Shown one piece after another: positions 24,930 to 38,251 of a stretch of 64,000 nucleotides of DNA. Below the pieces are notes generated by a model that worked only from the letters and a program-made list of their open reading frames with translations, ran no database searches and was not told the origin of the DNA. The position numbers were made by a program, and so were the translations under genes. Source of the DNA: Vicugna vicugna. Lineage: Eukaryota. Positions within the stretch are counted from its first letter, which is position 1, and every line of letters begins with the position of its first letter. Location: NCBI GenBank assembly GCA_013265495.1, contig MU061579.1:4711146-4775145 (forward strand). Reading direction: 5' to 3'.

Positions 24930-25465
24930 CAATTTTCAGGAGTCCCAGTAGTAAGCTTGGAGCGTTTAGCAGACTCCTTCGTTATTGTAGACCTTCAACT
25001 CCTGTGCTTAATCTTCCCCCTGTGATGAGCCTTTAGAAGATTCTGATCACTTGAGACCTGGGCAGCTTAGGGATGGGTGAAGTCTTTGAAAGAAAGTCAG
25101 CTCAGATTGTTGGCTTCGTTTCTATGTACTTTGCTTCTCTCTGGTATCCTGACTTCTCAAGTCCTAGGTCATCTTAGATTTCAGCTTTTGTCTTCTAGTA
25201 CCATGGAAGGATCTGTTAAGATTATCTGCCTCTTAGAGATAATTTTTGCCCAACATGTCCATGTTAATATTTTCCTTATGAGTGTTTTTTTTGTCTATGA
25301 TTTTATACCCTAAGTCCCATAGTCCCATGCCTTACTATCTTTCTCATGCCATTAAAGAGAAGATAGCCTTGTTTTACATTTTGTTTGTTTCTGTTTTCTA
25401 GTTGTTCTCAGCAGGAGTATTGCTCTACTATGTGATGATTCATCATAGCTGGAAGTGGAAATTCA
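24930..25465 (-). mobile_element. Probable old L1M 5' end
   Basis: ttttctagttgttctcagcaggag...catagctggaagtggaa resembles antisense old-L1 5' termini. Confidence 0.45.
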
Positions 25466-26599
25466 TGAAAATATTTTAAAAGAAAATGAATTACTTACAT
25501 GATAACATGGAGTCTATGATTTACAATAAAAATTATTTGCAGAAAGGGCAAAATGAAACTTCTCAAAAGTGTTTCTTTCTTCCTCTTCTTTATCTCTGTT
25601 GATATTAAAGCAGGCTTTTCATCCATGTGGTTTTATAATTTCTATGAGGAAACATGTTGTGTAGCATTCCACCCAAAGCCCTAAATTCAAAGATAGTACC
25701 ATTTTATCATTCTGTTAGCATCTCTTGTGAAGATCCAGTTTGCTCATATGCTGAGGCAAAGTGTTAGCCTTTACTGAAATATAGCAGTAGAGACTGAAAC
25801 TACTTTTCTAGTGACTTGAACCTCAAGAGATTTTAGTAAATCAAGACTGCCTAAGTCAGGCTAGTCTGTCATAAGAGCAAAAAGGCATAAACTACTGCAT
25901 TTACATTATTTTTTTTTAGAGTTTCTGCTTTCCTGAGTGAGATATTGCTGAATTTCAAGGTTGCTTTTCAGTTAAGTGTGACAATGTGGAATATAATCAT
26001 GCATCCATTTAACAGTGAATCCCTTATTCCAATGACTGTCTTTCCTGTTACTATTTGCACTGTGGTTTCTAGTAAAGATGGAGAAGATTTTTGTGCTCAT
26101 GTTGCTACATACTGAGCCAGGGACATAAATTCCATACACATGAAACACATAGAGAACAATTAAAGGCAACACATGAGTGAGGACCAGGCAGTATAAGTGA
26201 TGCACTACATTTGCTGAGAATATGGCCAGAATGGCTCCCTATTGTAAACACAAAAATATATATTTAACTTGTATTCAGTTAGCTTATGGCAGAGGTAAGA
26301 CACATTCCATACACTATTCGTTTGCTTTTTCCTCTCAAAAACCTGAACTGGGAATTTCTGGCTAAGGGTTTCCAAGAGATTTCAAAGAAAACAAACAGCA
26401 ACATTTATTCACTCAACACATATTTTCATGGGAGAATGCCAGCTTCAGGGCCACGCAGGCTCATTACTGGTAACCAGCTATGTGACCTTGGTCAACATTC
26501 TCAACTCTCTAAGACTCCATTTTTCCATAATGTGAGTGTAGTCCCTTGGCCCCTCCCACCCTGGGGTGCAATTACTCCTATTGTATTTAGGTTTTACAA

Positions 26600-27825
26600 T
26601 TCAGTGAGCACGGTTCTCACTGTAAGGTCTGGCCTACAGTGGTCCATTCAGCCTATTTCATCCAGGTTCAAACACAAGCAACATTAGAGGGCACAGACAT
26701 GCTTCAGGAGGTTGAGTCGCTCACAAAGATCACACACTGCCTCTTCCTCACCACACACCTATAGTCCCATTGAGGACTCTGTGACTTTTTGACAAAAGAG
26801 AAAAAAATCTGACTTTATTCATGGGTGGGTTATCTCAGCTGAAAAGTGGATGGCTGGCTACACTACACTACGGCTCCACTCACTTAGGGATAGGATTGAC
26901 AGACAGTGATGAGGGGAAATCCTTTACAGACAAGGTATCTGGGTAGTGCCTCTGACATCTGCTCTCTGTGAAAGATGAAGTAGCCCAAGTTTGGAATTTA
27001 TGCAGACTCACAGGCAGTTGCAAATGCTTGGCCTGTTGGCCAGAGACCGGAAAGAAAAAAAAAAGATTGGGAGATAGAAGATATGGTAGATCAGCTTGTG
27101 GAAGGATAGAAGGATGGACCAGTAGTGGTCACATAGAATGAAGATTGTTTTATTGTATTTTTAATGCCTACCAAAGCTCATCAATCTTTAGCTCAATACT
27201 AAATTACCAAATAGAATGACTCAGCCACTCAGTCAGTCTCTCTCATTGACATCCCAGGACAGGCACAATGGGTTCATGAAAGGAGTAGCCAAAGGGACAG
27301 AACTGTAGGCTATACATGTGCTTCCACTCACCCAGTCTGGTCAAACTGCTGAAACCTTTGAATGACCAATCTTCTAGAACAAAAAATGAACATTAAATGA
27401 CTAGTGTAGCATTTTTCTTCAAGGATATCAACCAATCTTTAGTAATCAACTGATTAAATTGGAACATTTCCATATTGGAATAAGACAGCAATTTATTTTC
27501 ATTGCAATCACCATTTATTCTGCACTTGAATTTGCCTGTTCAGCCCACACCTCTCAATCAGGGCGTGAGTCTCGATCACCCACTGAGGTGAGCCATCTTG
27601 ATCACAGAAGTGTTGATAGCTAAGGGTAAGGAGGATTTAATGAGGTGGAGAAGGAAGATGATACGCTGTCTTTAGACCAGCTGCAGGAAATGATGCTGTA
27701 CTTTGTTCCACTAATCTTTGTTCAACTTTTATTTTTTTTTTAACCCAGGAAAAGAGGCCCATCATATGGAAGTAGCTGTTTCCAGGACTCAAACTAAGAA
27801 GGTGAGTCTAAGCAGCATTAGGAGA
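26600..27825 (+). mobile_element. ERVL-class internal region (HERV16/ERV3-16A3-like): RNase H and integrase N-terminal remnants
   Basis: DSDEGKS (~26902), IYADSQAVAN (~26996), AQWVHE (~27263) and FIFIAITIYSALEFA (~27492) match ERVL DSGEGKS, LYTDSWAVAN, AQWAHE and FVLTGIDTYSGYGFA in order. Confidence 0.88.
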
Positions 27826-28269
27826 GGACCCTCATGTTCTGCTTTGCTGTTCAAGATACACACCTTCCTCTCATATGGGACTGACCTATTTGTTACTTGC
27901 CTGCTCAGAAGGTTATTGTTTACAAGCTCAATGCTCCTAAAAATTGTTTTTTGCTGAAGAGAGTCACCTCTTTGTTCGTGCCTCCTTCCCCAGTGAGCTC
28001 ATGTTCAGTAACTGAACAACACAAAATTATAAAGGATTAGTCTTCTTCCTGAAAATTGGGGCAGCTCAGAAGGGCACACTTAGCTTTAGAGGTTCTCACA
28101 GGTTGGCAGAGGTCTTGTTTTAATGGCATTGCTGCCCAATGTCTCCTTCTGCTCAATGTTGTTTCTTCTATTCCTCCATCAACCAAACATTGATACAAGA
28201 GCACTCCCTAATAAAACTCCTGCACACACATGCCCGTCTCAGCACCTGCTTCTGGGAAAACCTGTGACA
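27826..28269 (+). mobile_element. LTR16-like 3' LTR
   Basis: Purine tract upstream; AATAAA at 28210-28215 in ccctaataaaactcctgcac; ends ...aaacctgtgaca. Confidence 0.8.
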
Positions 28270-30479
28270 CTTTCCAAATGAACATCTTCTTATTGATCAG
28301 CTATCACAGGATGCCTCAAAACAGGCAATTATTATTCTGGAATGCTTGTTTAAAGCTGATCCATACAGCATGGCATGGAGATCGATGCAGGGATTTATTT
28401 ATCTATACAGAAAGTAATGAGGCAAAAGGTAAAAGTTAGTATGCTGGACCAGGCCCACCTGGACAGCCATGAGAAATGCCTAACAAATGTTGCTTCCTTA
28501 ATAACTTGGTTATAACTATTTCAATACAGACACATTATAACTCCTCTTGCTAATATTATATTATTTTCTCATTTCAACTAGCATTTGAATCATGAGATAT
28601 TGGGGTCAGTAGGTATTCTACTGAAAACTGCTGAGTTATTGCATTTTCAACTGTCTAGCTTGTCTACAATTGTTATTTACCAATTTTGTTGCTCTCGCAA
28701 TTACATGCTATTTAAAATTATTTCAGTGAACAAATCCTTTTTTTATTATAGATGTATATTTCTATTTGAGTAATTTATGGAGAAAGGCAGTCATAAATTA
28801 CTTTAATAAAGCTTAAATTAAACTCCAGTGGATAATTATTTTTTTGATCAGGTTAAGAAGTGCTATTTCACTGTGAAATGGCTTTTGGCTCTATAATATT
28901 TATGATGAATACTTGCATTTATGCTGAATATTGTCTACCTGACATCATGTATTTGAAATATTTAACCTAATATTTAAAGTATTTAATATTTATTTTGAAC
29001 GAAACTGTTGTTTCAGAATTTTTTCAATTTGAACTGTGATTTTTGTGTTAGTGTTTAAGATTACATGACTATCCACCACAAAGCAAAATTTCCAAAGAGT
29101 ACATGCAAAGGAGCTCTTTTTCCAGGTATTGGAATTTGTACGGCATATTTTGAATATAAATAGTACTTAGAGAAATTATCCAGAAGACATTGGAAAAAGA
29201 AGTATTTGGTTTATTCTTATTCTTTGAAATTATTATTATTTGAAAATTCTTAACCTTTTGAAAAAAAAGCCAAAAGTTTACTGTGTAGATAGTTTAATCA
29301 CTAGTGTCAAAAGAGTATTAGAATAATATTTGCACATATATTCCTTTTTTTTTGCCATACTATCTCCTTATGCTAATATCAGATGTTCACAGATACAAAG
29401 GAGAAAAATGAACGTCTTAAACTTCTGTTGCATAGTACAAAATCCCTCAAGAGGGTCTACACTGGAGGTGATTTAACTAGAGCTTATTAAGAGTATATTT
29501 TCTTACTAAATAAACCATTCTTTCTGTGCAAGGATTTGTGGAGGGATACAAGTTGCAGGAAGAATGATATTTAATACAAAGTAGAAAGTAGTAGTAATTT
29601 AAAAATCTCATGTATCTGATGATGTGCAAGCATTTCACATAAATTACTTTACATATTTTCTAGTAGATAAATGAGTAAGGTTCTTTAAATTTCTCCATTT
29701 TACAAGGAAGAAGAATGAAATTTAAAAGTATTACAAGTTACATTACCCAACTTGTCTCTAAGTGGCTGCATGGAGAAATGTATCAAATTATCCTGCTTAA
29801 TAAGCACAATCTTTAATTGTATATAGTAAATCATTGAATGGATAGGAAGAAAAAAATTGAAGAAAAAACAGTCTATGAGAGAGAGAAGAAAGAAAGAAAA
29901 AAGAAAATGGAAAGTAAAAGAGAGTAAGGGAGAAAAATATGAAACTTTGTGACCAAAATTTTAGACAAAAATGATTACTTTGTAGGTTTATGAATGTCTA
30001 ATGAGGATGCTCTTGCACTAACCATTTGGGATATTTTTGGTAATCTGAATATATTTTAAAACATGTATGGGATACTGTGGATTATATTTAACCTGTTTCT
30101 TTCATTATTTCCCATTATTATGAAAACATACAGTTTGTAAGTTCCCTGTAGTCTACTAATTTTGGCCATTTTGTTGAGTGTGGTCCTCAGATATTATCTT
30201 TGGTGTTATATATTTATAAAAATATAGGATCTCAGAGTTGGAAGGTCACAAATTTTGCCACCTATTTGTTGCTATGTTCTTTCCTCCACTTCTTGCCAAG
30301 ATATCTAATGGAATTATTTGTACTACTATTATGACCCTTAGAAAATTCTCATTCATACTAAATATTTGAAGTAATCTATTATGTTTCACTTGAGTATTCT
30401 CTTAAACCTAGTTTGCAATTTAAAGAATTTTACTTGTAAACATTTTTTGTGAGTGTCCAACAAACATAAAACAGTGAGT

Positions 30480-30784
30480 TAATGCCTGAAAAAATCCTGT
30501 CTGCTTCAATTATAGGAAATGTTGGCTAATATTTGTAGAAAAGATAGATCTCTGCTCAAATGCATGATCAAACAGGGGTAATTCAGCCTTTAGATTGAGA
30601 GGAACTGTATTTGAGGAGCTGCATTTGAAGAACTACACTGGAGGAAATTTATCCACACCTGGTCTCAATTTCGATGGCAGTTCTAGACTTTGAACTGATA
30701 CCATAATGGATCAAACTTGAGATACTTGAAGGGGAGTTTATTTTTATGTGGAAGAGATTTTAATGCTGGGACTCAGAAAGCAGA
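30480..30784 (+). mobile_element. MaLR (MLT1) internal 3' remnant
   Basis: ttctagactttgaactgat...atttttatgtggaagaga...gggactcagaaagcaga, directly upstream of an MLT1 LTR. Confidence 0.6.
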
Positions 30785-31260
30785 TGTAGTTGCCAGACTC
30801 TAAGTTGGCCCCTAGTGATTTCCTCTTGGTATTTAAGCCTTTGAGTGGTCCCATCCCCCACTGAATCAGAGTTGGTCTATGAGACCAACAGAATATGGCG
30901 GAAGAGATGGCATATGATTTCCATGGCTAAGTCCTAAAAAATATTCTGCAGCATCTTCTCTTGGATCATTACTTTGGTGAAAGCCAGCTACCATGTCATG
31001 AGGACTCTCAAGCAACCTATGGAGAGTCCCATGTGGCTAGATCACAACCAGAACTAACTGTGGTAGATGTGCAAGTGAGTTGCCGCGGGGCTGGATCCTC
31101 CAGTCTCATTTATGCTTTCAGATGACTTTATCTCTGGCTGACATCTTGACTGCAACCTTCTGAGAGACTCCAAGCCAAAACTACCTAGCTTAACCCTCTC
31201 AGATTCCTGACCTCTGAACTATTTGAATTAATAAATGTTTGAATTATTTTTAAACATTGA
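30785..31260 (+). mobile_element. MLT1E/F-like LTR
   Basis: tgtagttgccagactctaagttggcccc...gaaagccagctaccatgtcatgagga...gacatcttgactgcaacct...aataaatgtttg. Confidence 0.85.
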
Positions 31261-31261
31261 T

Positions 31262-31882
31262 GGATTTTTTTCCCATCTTTATTGAGATGCAATTGACATA
31301 CAGCACTCTATCAGTTTAAGGTGTACAGGATAATGATTTGACTCACATACATCGAGAAATGATTACCATAAGTTTAGTGAACATCTATCATCTCACATAG
31401 ATACAAAATAAAAGAAAAAAATTTCCTTGTGATGAGACCTCTGAGGATTTGCTGTCTTAACCACTTTCATATATAACATAGAGCAGTGATAATTATACTG
31501 ATCATGTTGTACATTATATCCCCACTGCTCATTTATCTCATAACTGGGAGTTTGTACCTAAGACCACTTTCATTCAAAGCTCCTTCTCCTCACACCCTCA
31601 CCCCAGGGAACAACAAATATGATCTTTGTTTTTATGAGTTTGTTTGTAATTGACCACAATGCTGTGTTAGTCTAGTTACCTCTGTCACCATACAAAGATA
31701 CTATACTATCATTGACTATATTCACCATGCTGTGTATTTCATACTTGTGACATTTATTTTGTACCTGGAAATTTGTACATTGTAATTTCTCTTACTTATT
31801 TCATTCAATCCTCCGTTCTCCTCCCCTCTGACAACCACCTGTTTGTCCAATGTATCTATGACTCTGTTTCTGTTTTGTTTGT
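31262..31882 (-). mobile_element. L1 3'UTR (L1MA9-like)
   Basis: T tract then tttattgagatgcaattgacatacagcact; ends tgtatctatgactctgtttctgttttgtttg. Confidence 0.88.
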
Positions 31883-31884
31883 AG

Positions 31885-32205
31885 AGAGAATGAGACTGGG
31901 AGAGATTTGGGAACTATTAAATACCTAAAATGTGCAGCTGTGGCTACCCCTAATTTATCCAGTTCAATTATTCACCAAAATGGACCCTGCAGAAACAGGG
32001 TGGATCCTGGGTAATGACTAAAGACCACCACAAACTCAACAAAGTAATAGTCATGGTCGCATTTACTGCATGGGATATGGTATGGGTGCTAGAATAAACT
32101 AATAAGGCCTCTGGCATGTTGTATGCAGTCATTGATTTAGTGAAGGTGTTCTTTTCTATTCTGATTAGAAAAAAGAAACAAACAGCTCACCTTTATGTGG
32201 ACAAA
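31885..32205 (+). mobile_element. ERVL-class reverse transcriptase N-terminal fragment
   Basis: 31981-32160 reads WTLQKQGGSWVMTKDHHKLNKVIVMVAFTAWDMVWVLE*TNKASGMLYAVIDLVKVFFSI versus ERVL WPVQKTDGSWRMTVDYRKLNQVV...WYAAIDLANAFFSI. Confidence 0.9.
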
Positions 32206-33109
32206 CCTCTTGCTTCTCATGTGTCTGACCAGCACTGAAGTCTGAAGGCTCTGTTTGACCGCTCATAATTTACTTTTTGAACAATATCTTTTATGAGCAC
32301 ATCATTCCTCACTGATCACTCCTCTTCTGAATTCTTACAAGAGAACCTATCTAGACCTCTCCTTTCACAATTATCAAGCATTGCTTCTTAATTTTATATC
32401 ACTGACTTCATATGCAAATATCCTCTCTACACTTTGATTATTACCTTGGTAAGAAACGAAGCAAAATGTTGAAACTAGTTCCCCAGGTGTGGTAAGTAAG
32501 CAACATGTTTTTGATGTTGCCACTGAATCTACGTATCTGAATAGGAATATCATACACCATTGACTTATCTTAGCCTCCTCAAACAAACTTCCATTATATT
32601 TGTATCTATGCATATTATAAAATACCAAATTTAATAAAATACATATCAGAAATAAAAGTGATACATTTTAAAATAGTGTACATTATTAATTCCACAAATG
32701 TTGTCAAAAACATTCTTGGTAATAAAATCAACTTTTTAGCTATTCATGTTGAACAGAGTATCAGGGGCCATAGCAAAATGAGATCAAGGTGACATGGGAA
32801 AATATGAATGTCTACTCATGGAGCTATCTTTCATGATAACTGCTGAAATATTTTTAAAAATATATTTGTATATAGCAATAGAATAAAAATATTTAGAAAT
32901 CGAGGAAAATATTCTTTACAATTTTTAATCATTTTTCATCTATTTTTATTTTGGAGATATCCATAAAATTAAAAATTTACCAAGGTCATAATGCTGATAC
33001 ACATTCCAGTAGGTTGTCCAGTATTCTTACTATCTCATGAGAAACCCACTGGCCAAGACCAAGGTCTTAAAGAGACACCTTGACTCCTTTCACAAACAAA
33101 TACTCAACA

Positions 33110-33330
33110 CTCATAGGCATATTGCTGCAAAGAACATAGACTTTTAAGCCAGAAAGACATGAAGGTTACATACTAATTTCATGATCTTGGAAAAGGCAAG
33201 TAAACTCTTTCCAGCTCATTGTCATCATCTATAAGAAATAAGAAATGCCCATCTTAGACAGCTGGGTGAGGAATAAGTATACTGTTCATAGTATGTAGCA
33301 GGTAGTTAATAGCTATTATCATTTGTCTCT
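33110..33330 (+). mobile_element. MIR SINE
   Basis: tgatcttggaaaag..agtaaactctttccagctcattgtcatcatctataa. Confidence 0.65.
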
Positions 33331-36300
33331 ATTGCTCATATCAACACAGCCACCAACAGCAATGTAAAAATGATACTTACAGTACCTTGCAAAAGTGCAT
33401 TCTTTGAGAAAATAATATCAACAAATGATCTATGTTTATTTTTAGGGGATAGAAAGGCTTTGAAAAAGATAAATTCTAACTTTTTTCAGTAAATAATTCA
33501 AGTTTAAGTTTCAAAGAAGAAAATTATCTTGTGGCCTTATTTTTCTCAGATGTTTAAGAGAAAGCTTATAGTAAAACATCACTTTGTTCATCCATGAACC
33601 TTTAGGACTTCTCACAAACCACTGATTAACTTCTTCTATAAACATAGGACTAGTAGCACATGATCTCTGAGATCAACATCTTTTGGCTTTTCTCAGAAGA
33701 ATGAGAAAGATTAATAAAGAGAATTTTCAAATCCTAGATGATGAGAGAAATAATAAATGTGCCCCAACTGAATTACACAGGCCACATTTTTTCTTGTTTA
33801 AATAAAATACGTACACAATTTTGTAAATATATTTCTATGAATAATACATTTAAAATGATCCAAGATTGGCTAAAAGCACTAGAGGATTATTAAAACCACT
33901 GACTCACAAACACACAGCATATGTTCTCCAATATCTCTTATGAGAATGTTTCAAAGTGTTCTTATTTTATTTGTACATCATCTCTCTTTGGAAAAATAGT
34001 GCTATTCTGCATATGTTAGGCTTTGGTTTAGCAGTTTATGATTACAAAATGAAACTTCGGACTTGGAACAAAAACAATTCAGCACTAAGCATTTTTTTTT
34101 TTTTTTGGTATCATAGCAGTAGTTTTCTTTCATCTCTTCAGAAGCTGGTATGACCTGAACAACAGTAACACATTTTAATTCCTTGAAACTCTTTCAACAC
34201 AAGAAACTGTGGCAGGCAGTGACAATGTGCAAAACACACTGACAATTCACTTATGGTTAGAGACATCAATGTTTTATTATGTAATCATTTATCAATGAAA
34301 TAATGCCAAAATTCAGGCTGAGATAATCCACAATTTTGCACATGTTAATTTAGTGTCACAGAACAGTTGTGCATGTTGGAATGCTTAGTTACAAGATGAT
34401 TTATTAGAATTATTTCAAGGCCCCGTGTTTCTTTTTATGTGTTTTGATGTATAAAGGTAATGGAGTCTAAGATTTAAAGTCAGTGTGAATGCACTTGAAT
34501 ATTCTGACAATGATTTTAAAACTTGAGAGTTTGTGAATGTCATAGATTTGGATGTATTGTATCACATGTGCTCACAAACTAGATTTAATCTATTCAATGA
34601 AAATACTATCCTAAGAGAGCATCCATATTTACATATGTGAAAAATGTTAATGCATTGTAGTTTAACAAGCTTATCAAAATTTAGTGTTCATGTAATTTTA
34701 TATACGTAGGGGTAAAGAGAAGAGGCTGGAACAGATTGGTACTATTTAAAACTTGGGGAGAGTTTGAAGGTGATCCAGTAGAGTTTCTAATCTGAGCTGA
34801 CCCATGTCTTTATAATTTAGGGTCCACGCTAAGAGAAGAAACTAATGCTTTGCACGTACAAAAAGCTCATATTATAGAGCGTATTTTCAAAAGTATGTGT
34901 AATTGTATCAAGGAATTTGCATTTAATTCAAGTACTATTGAAATATGGTGGGAAAACATACATACCTATGTATGTACATACATATATGATATGTGTATAT
35001 AATTTATTCCTAAGCTTCATGTATTTAGTTACTGTTTAGCAAAATAATATATACTAAGATTTAACTTACGAAAACATGAACAATAGAACACACTTTTTAT
35101 TACACAGAAAAATTATCAATGTAATAGGTTTTGTATATAAAGAGGCTGTGACAGAATCAAGGGAGAAAATAACAGATCCAGCAACTGGAAAGGCTCACAC
35201 TCTTATTATGTGTACAGTTTCAGTTTGGTTAGGAAGAAAATGTAATTAGATTGCAGATTAATAAAATCTCATAATAAAATTTAGTTACAAACTTATAATT
35301 TAATAAACTGTAGTTGACACTTTAGTTGAATAAACAAAAGAAAAGGGGTTTAACTCACTAACGTATGTAAGAGTCAAGGAGGTTGATTTAATCAGGCCCA
35401 TTTTTTTTTGAAAGACTCATATATGATTAAAGGGTAGGGAAATGAGCAGAAGGCCATGGATTTTTCATAGCTGTCTGCCCAGAATGGTTAAGGTCATCTT
35501 TCACTAATCTATGACTACTTAGGAAATTATCTGTTACCTCCCATTTGTTCTGTTCAATGTCTTCAGCAGATGTTTAAAGACAGAAACAAATGAAAAAATA
35601 TACATTATTAACTTCTGTAGATCTTCACAGAAAAGTATAAGTAATTTGCACTTTCCTTAAATATTTGCCAAAAGAACATCAGAGGACCTCACAAGAATAT
35701 ATAAGTTACTTTTTTTCCCTTTAGATTTAATATTTTCCTCTTTTTTTGGTGGTGGGTGGATTTTACCTATAGCTACCATCGATTGGGTCTGTTAAGCAGT
35801 GTCAGAAATTACTCCTTTGAATACTTCAATGTAGAAAGTTCATTGTTATATTTTATTCTGATAATTATGAAAAATTGAAATTCTTTCTAAAGTAAGTATT
35901 TTAGTTGTATGTGTACTCTAAGTATGTTTTAAGTGCTTCATGCATGAACATCTCTGTAAAATATATATTTCTACAAATCATTAATAACCTAGTCAAAGGA
36001 CACATTGAATACTTAAGCATATCACTATTTATGGAACAATAGAATAGCGAGCATTTGTTCATTTGGTTTAATTTAGTAATTTGTTGTACAGATTCAGTTT
36101 TTTCAAGTGGAGAACTGAAGATGTTAAATGATTAATCCAAAAATCATGTTTTCCTCATGTAGCAGCTCATCTCTGTGCTTCAGAATATTCTTCTTAAGCA
36201 TCCAGATAATTGCTTTCATAATTCACCATATACTGCATGTGTTGCATAGACATCATCTTTTTTAAATAATCCCCAGAAAAACAACTGCTATAATGTTAAT

Positions 36301-37048
36301 TTTTATAGTAATGACCAGAGAGATGAGCATTCTTCTTAAACTCAGCTTTCTACTTGAATTCTAAGACTATCAAAATACATTAAGAATTGCATTTTACTTA
36401 ATATGTTTATGACTGCTGTTTTAGTAAGTCATTGAAAAAGAGATCATCAATTTATGAATGCTATATATATTTATCCTCCAGTTCTCACAACTCAGCAAAA
36501 AAATAAAGGCTAAAAGTAATGTCAAAGAAACTGTGGTAATATAACATTTTAAATTAATATCTGGAACATTTTAGATATTAAAGAAAATTAATTTTAGAAT
36601 TCTAATTCATCTTGGAACTACTTGGTAGTTTATACTTGGTATAATTATATTTGGTATAATCCAAATATCTTCTTATTTTTCCAAAAAAAATTCCATTAAA
36701 ATATATATCTTAAATGTTTTATCCATAGTAACATTACTTTAAGGTTTAGATACTATTTAACTGTCAAAATGGAATGCATTATATGTTAGATCTATTAATG
36801 CATATCACATCCTATTGTATTTAATTAGGCAATGTATAACTGACATCTATTGTTTTGATTTTCTCTAATATTCACACTTAGGAGTTCTGAATAAAGAATC
36901 CAGGTTATAAAATCTACAGTAATAATTTAGGATTTGGGAGCTAGTGTTTGTCCTCCACTATTTCCTATTTAAAGTCACCTGCATTCTTTCCCCTTCCCCC
37001 AGCCACCAGTAACACCTAATAGTACCAGAATGTTCTGGGCAAAATCTT

Positions 37049-38251
37049 TTTTTTTCCTCCAGTTTTATTGTGTAGAATTATTATAGTTTGACTTTACATA
37101 CACATTATATTGCATGTAAATACATATGTACAGTATATTGCACATTTTTTTAGTTTTCATATATGTACTAATTATTGTTTCAAAGAATAGATTAGATATT
37201 TAGCTTTTTAAACTTACATAGTTATCAAAGGAATAAAGCCAACTACTAAATAAGAATCAACAGAATGCAGTAACCTCATCATAAAGGACAGTCAAATGTG
37301 CTTAGACATATTCAAGAAATCAAAATAATAATTAATTCATTTGTGTTCCTACTATTATTATTATTATTTTTTAGATTCTTCATATAAATGATGTCATATG
37401 GCATTTTTCTTTCTCTTTCCAGCTTCACTTTGAATGACAGTCTTCAGGTCCATCCGTATTGCTGCAAATGGCATTATTTTATTCTTTTTTATGGCTGAGT
37501 AGCATTCCATTGTATATATGCACCACATCTTCTTTATCCAGTATCTGTTGATGGACATTTGGGGTGTTTTGCTGTTTTGGCTATTGTAAATAGTGCTGCT
37601 ATGAACATTGGGGTGCATGTATATTTTTGAATTTTATTTTTCTCTGGATATATGCCCAGGAGTGGGATTGCTGGATCATGTGGTAAGTCTATTTTCAGAT
37701 TTTTAAGGAACCTCCATACTGTCCTCCATAGTGGCTGCACCAATCTACACTACCACCAACACTGTAGGTTTCCCTTTTCTCCACAACCTCTCCAGCATCT
37801 ATCATTTGTAACTTTTCAATGCTGGCCATTCTGGCTGGTGTGAAATGATATCTCATTGTAGTTTTGGTCTGCATTTCTCTGACAATTAGTGATGCTGAAT
37901 ATTTTTTCATGTGCCTATTGGCCATCTGTATGTGTTCACTGGAGAATTGTTTCTTCAGGTCTTCCGCCCATTTTTGGATTGGGCTGCTTGTTTTTTTGAT
38001 ATTAAGGGGTATAAGCTGTTTGTATACTTTGGAAATTAGTCCCTTGTCAGTCACATCATTTGCAAATATTTTCTCCCATTCTGTAAGTTGTCTTTTCATT
38101 TTGTTGATGGTATCCTTAGCTGTGCAAAAGCTTTTAAGATTAATTAGATCCCATTTGTTTATTTTTGCTTTTAAGTCCAATACTTCAGGAGCTGGTTCAA
38201 AAAATATATTGCTGTAATGTACGTCTGTGAGTTTTCTGTCTATGTTTTCCT
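37049..38251 (-). mobile_element. 5'-truncated, relatively young L1 (ORF2 C-terminus) with TSD
   Basis: ORFs 37695-38180, 37534-37743 and 37394-37618 are frameshifted L1 ORF2 C-terminal pieces; 18-bp TSD tgttctgggcaaaa(t/a)ctt at 37031-37048 and 38252-38269; poly-T at the left end. Confidence 0.95.

Noticed and set aside
37695..38180. 161-aa ORF as a host gene
   Set aside because: Frameshifted L1 ORF2 C-terminal fragment in a 5'-truncated copy
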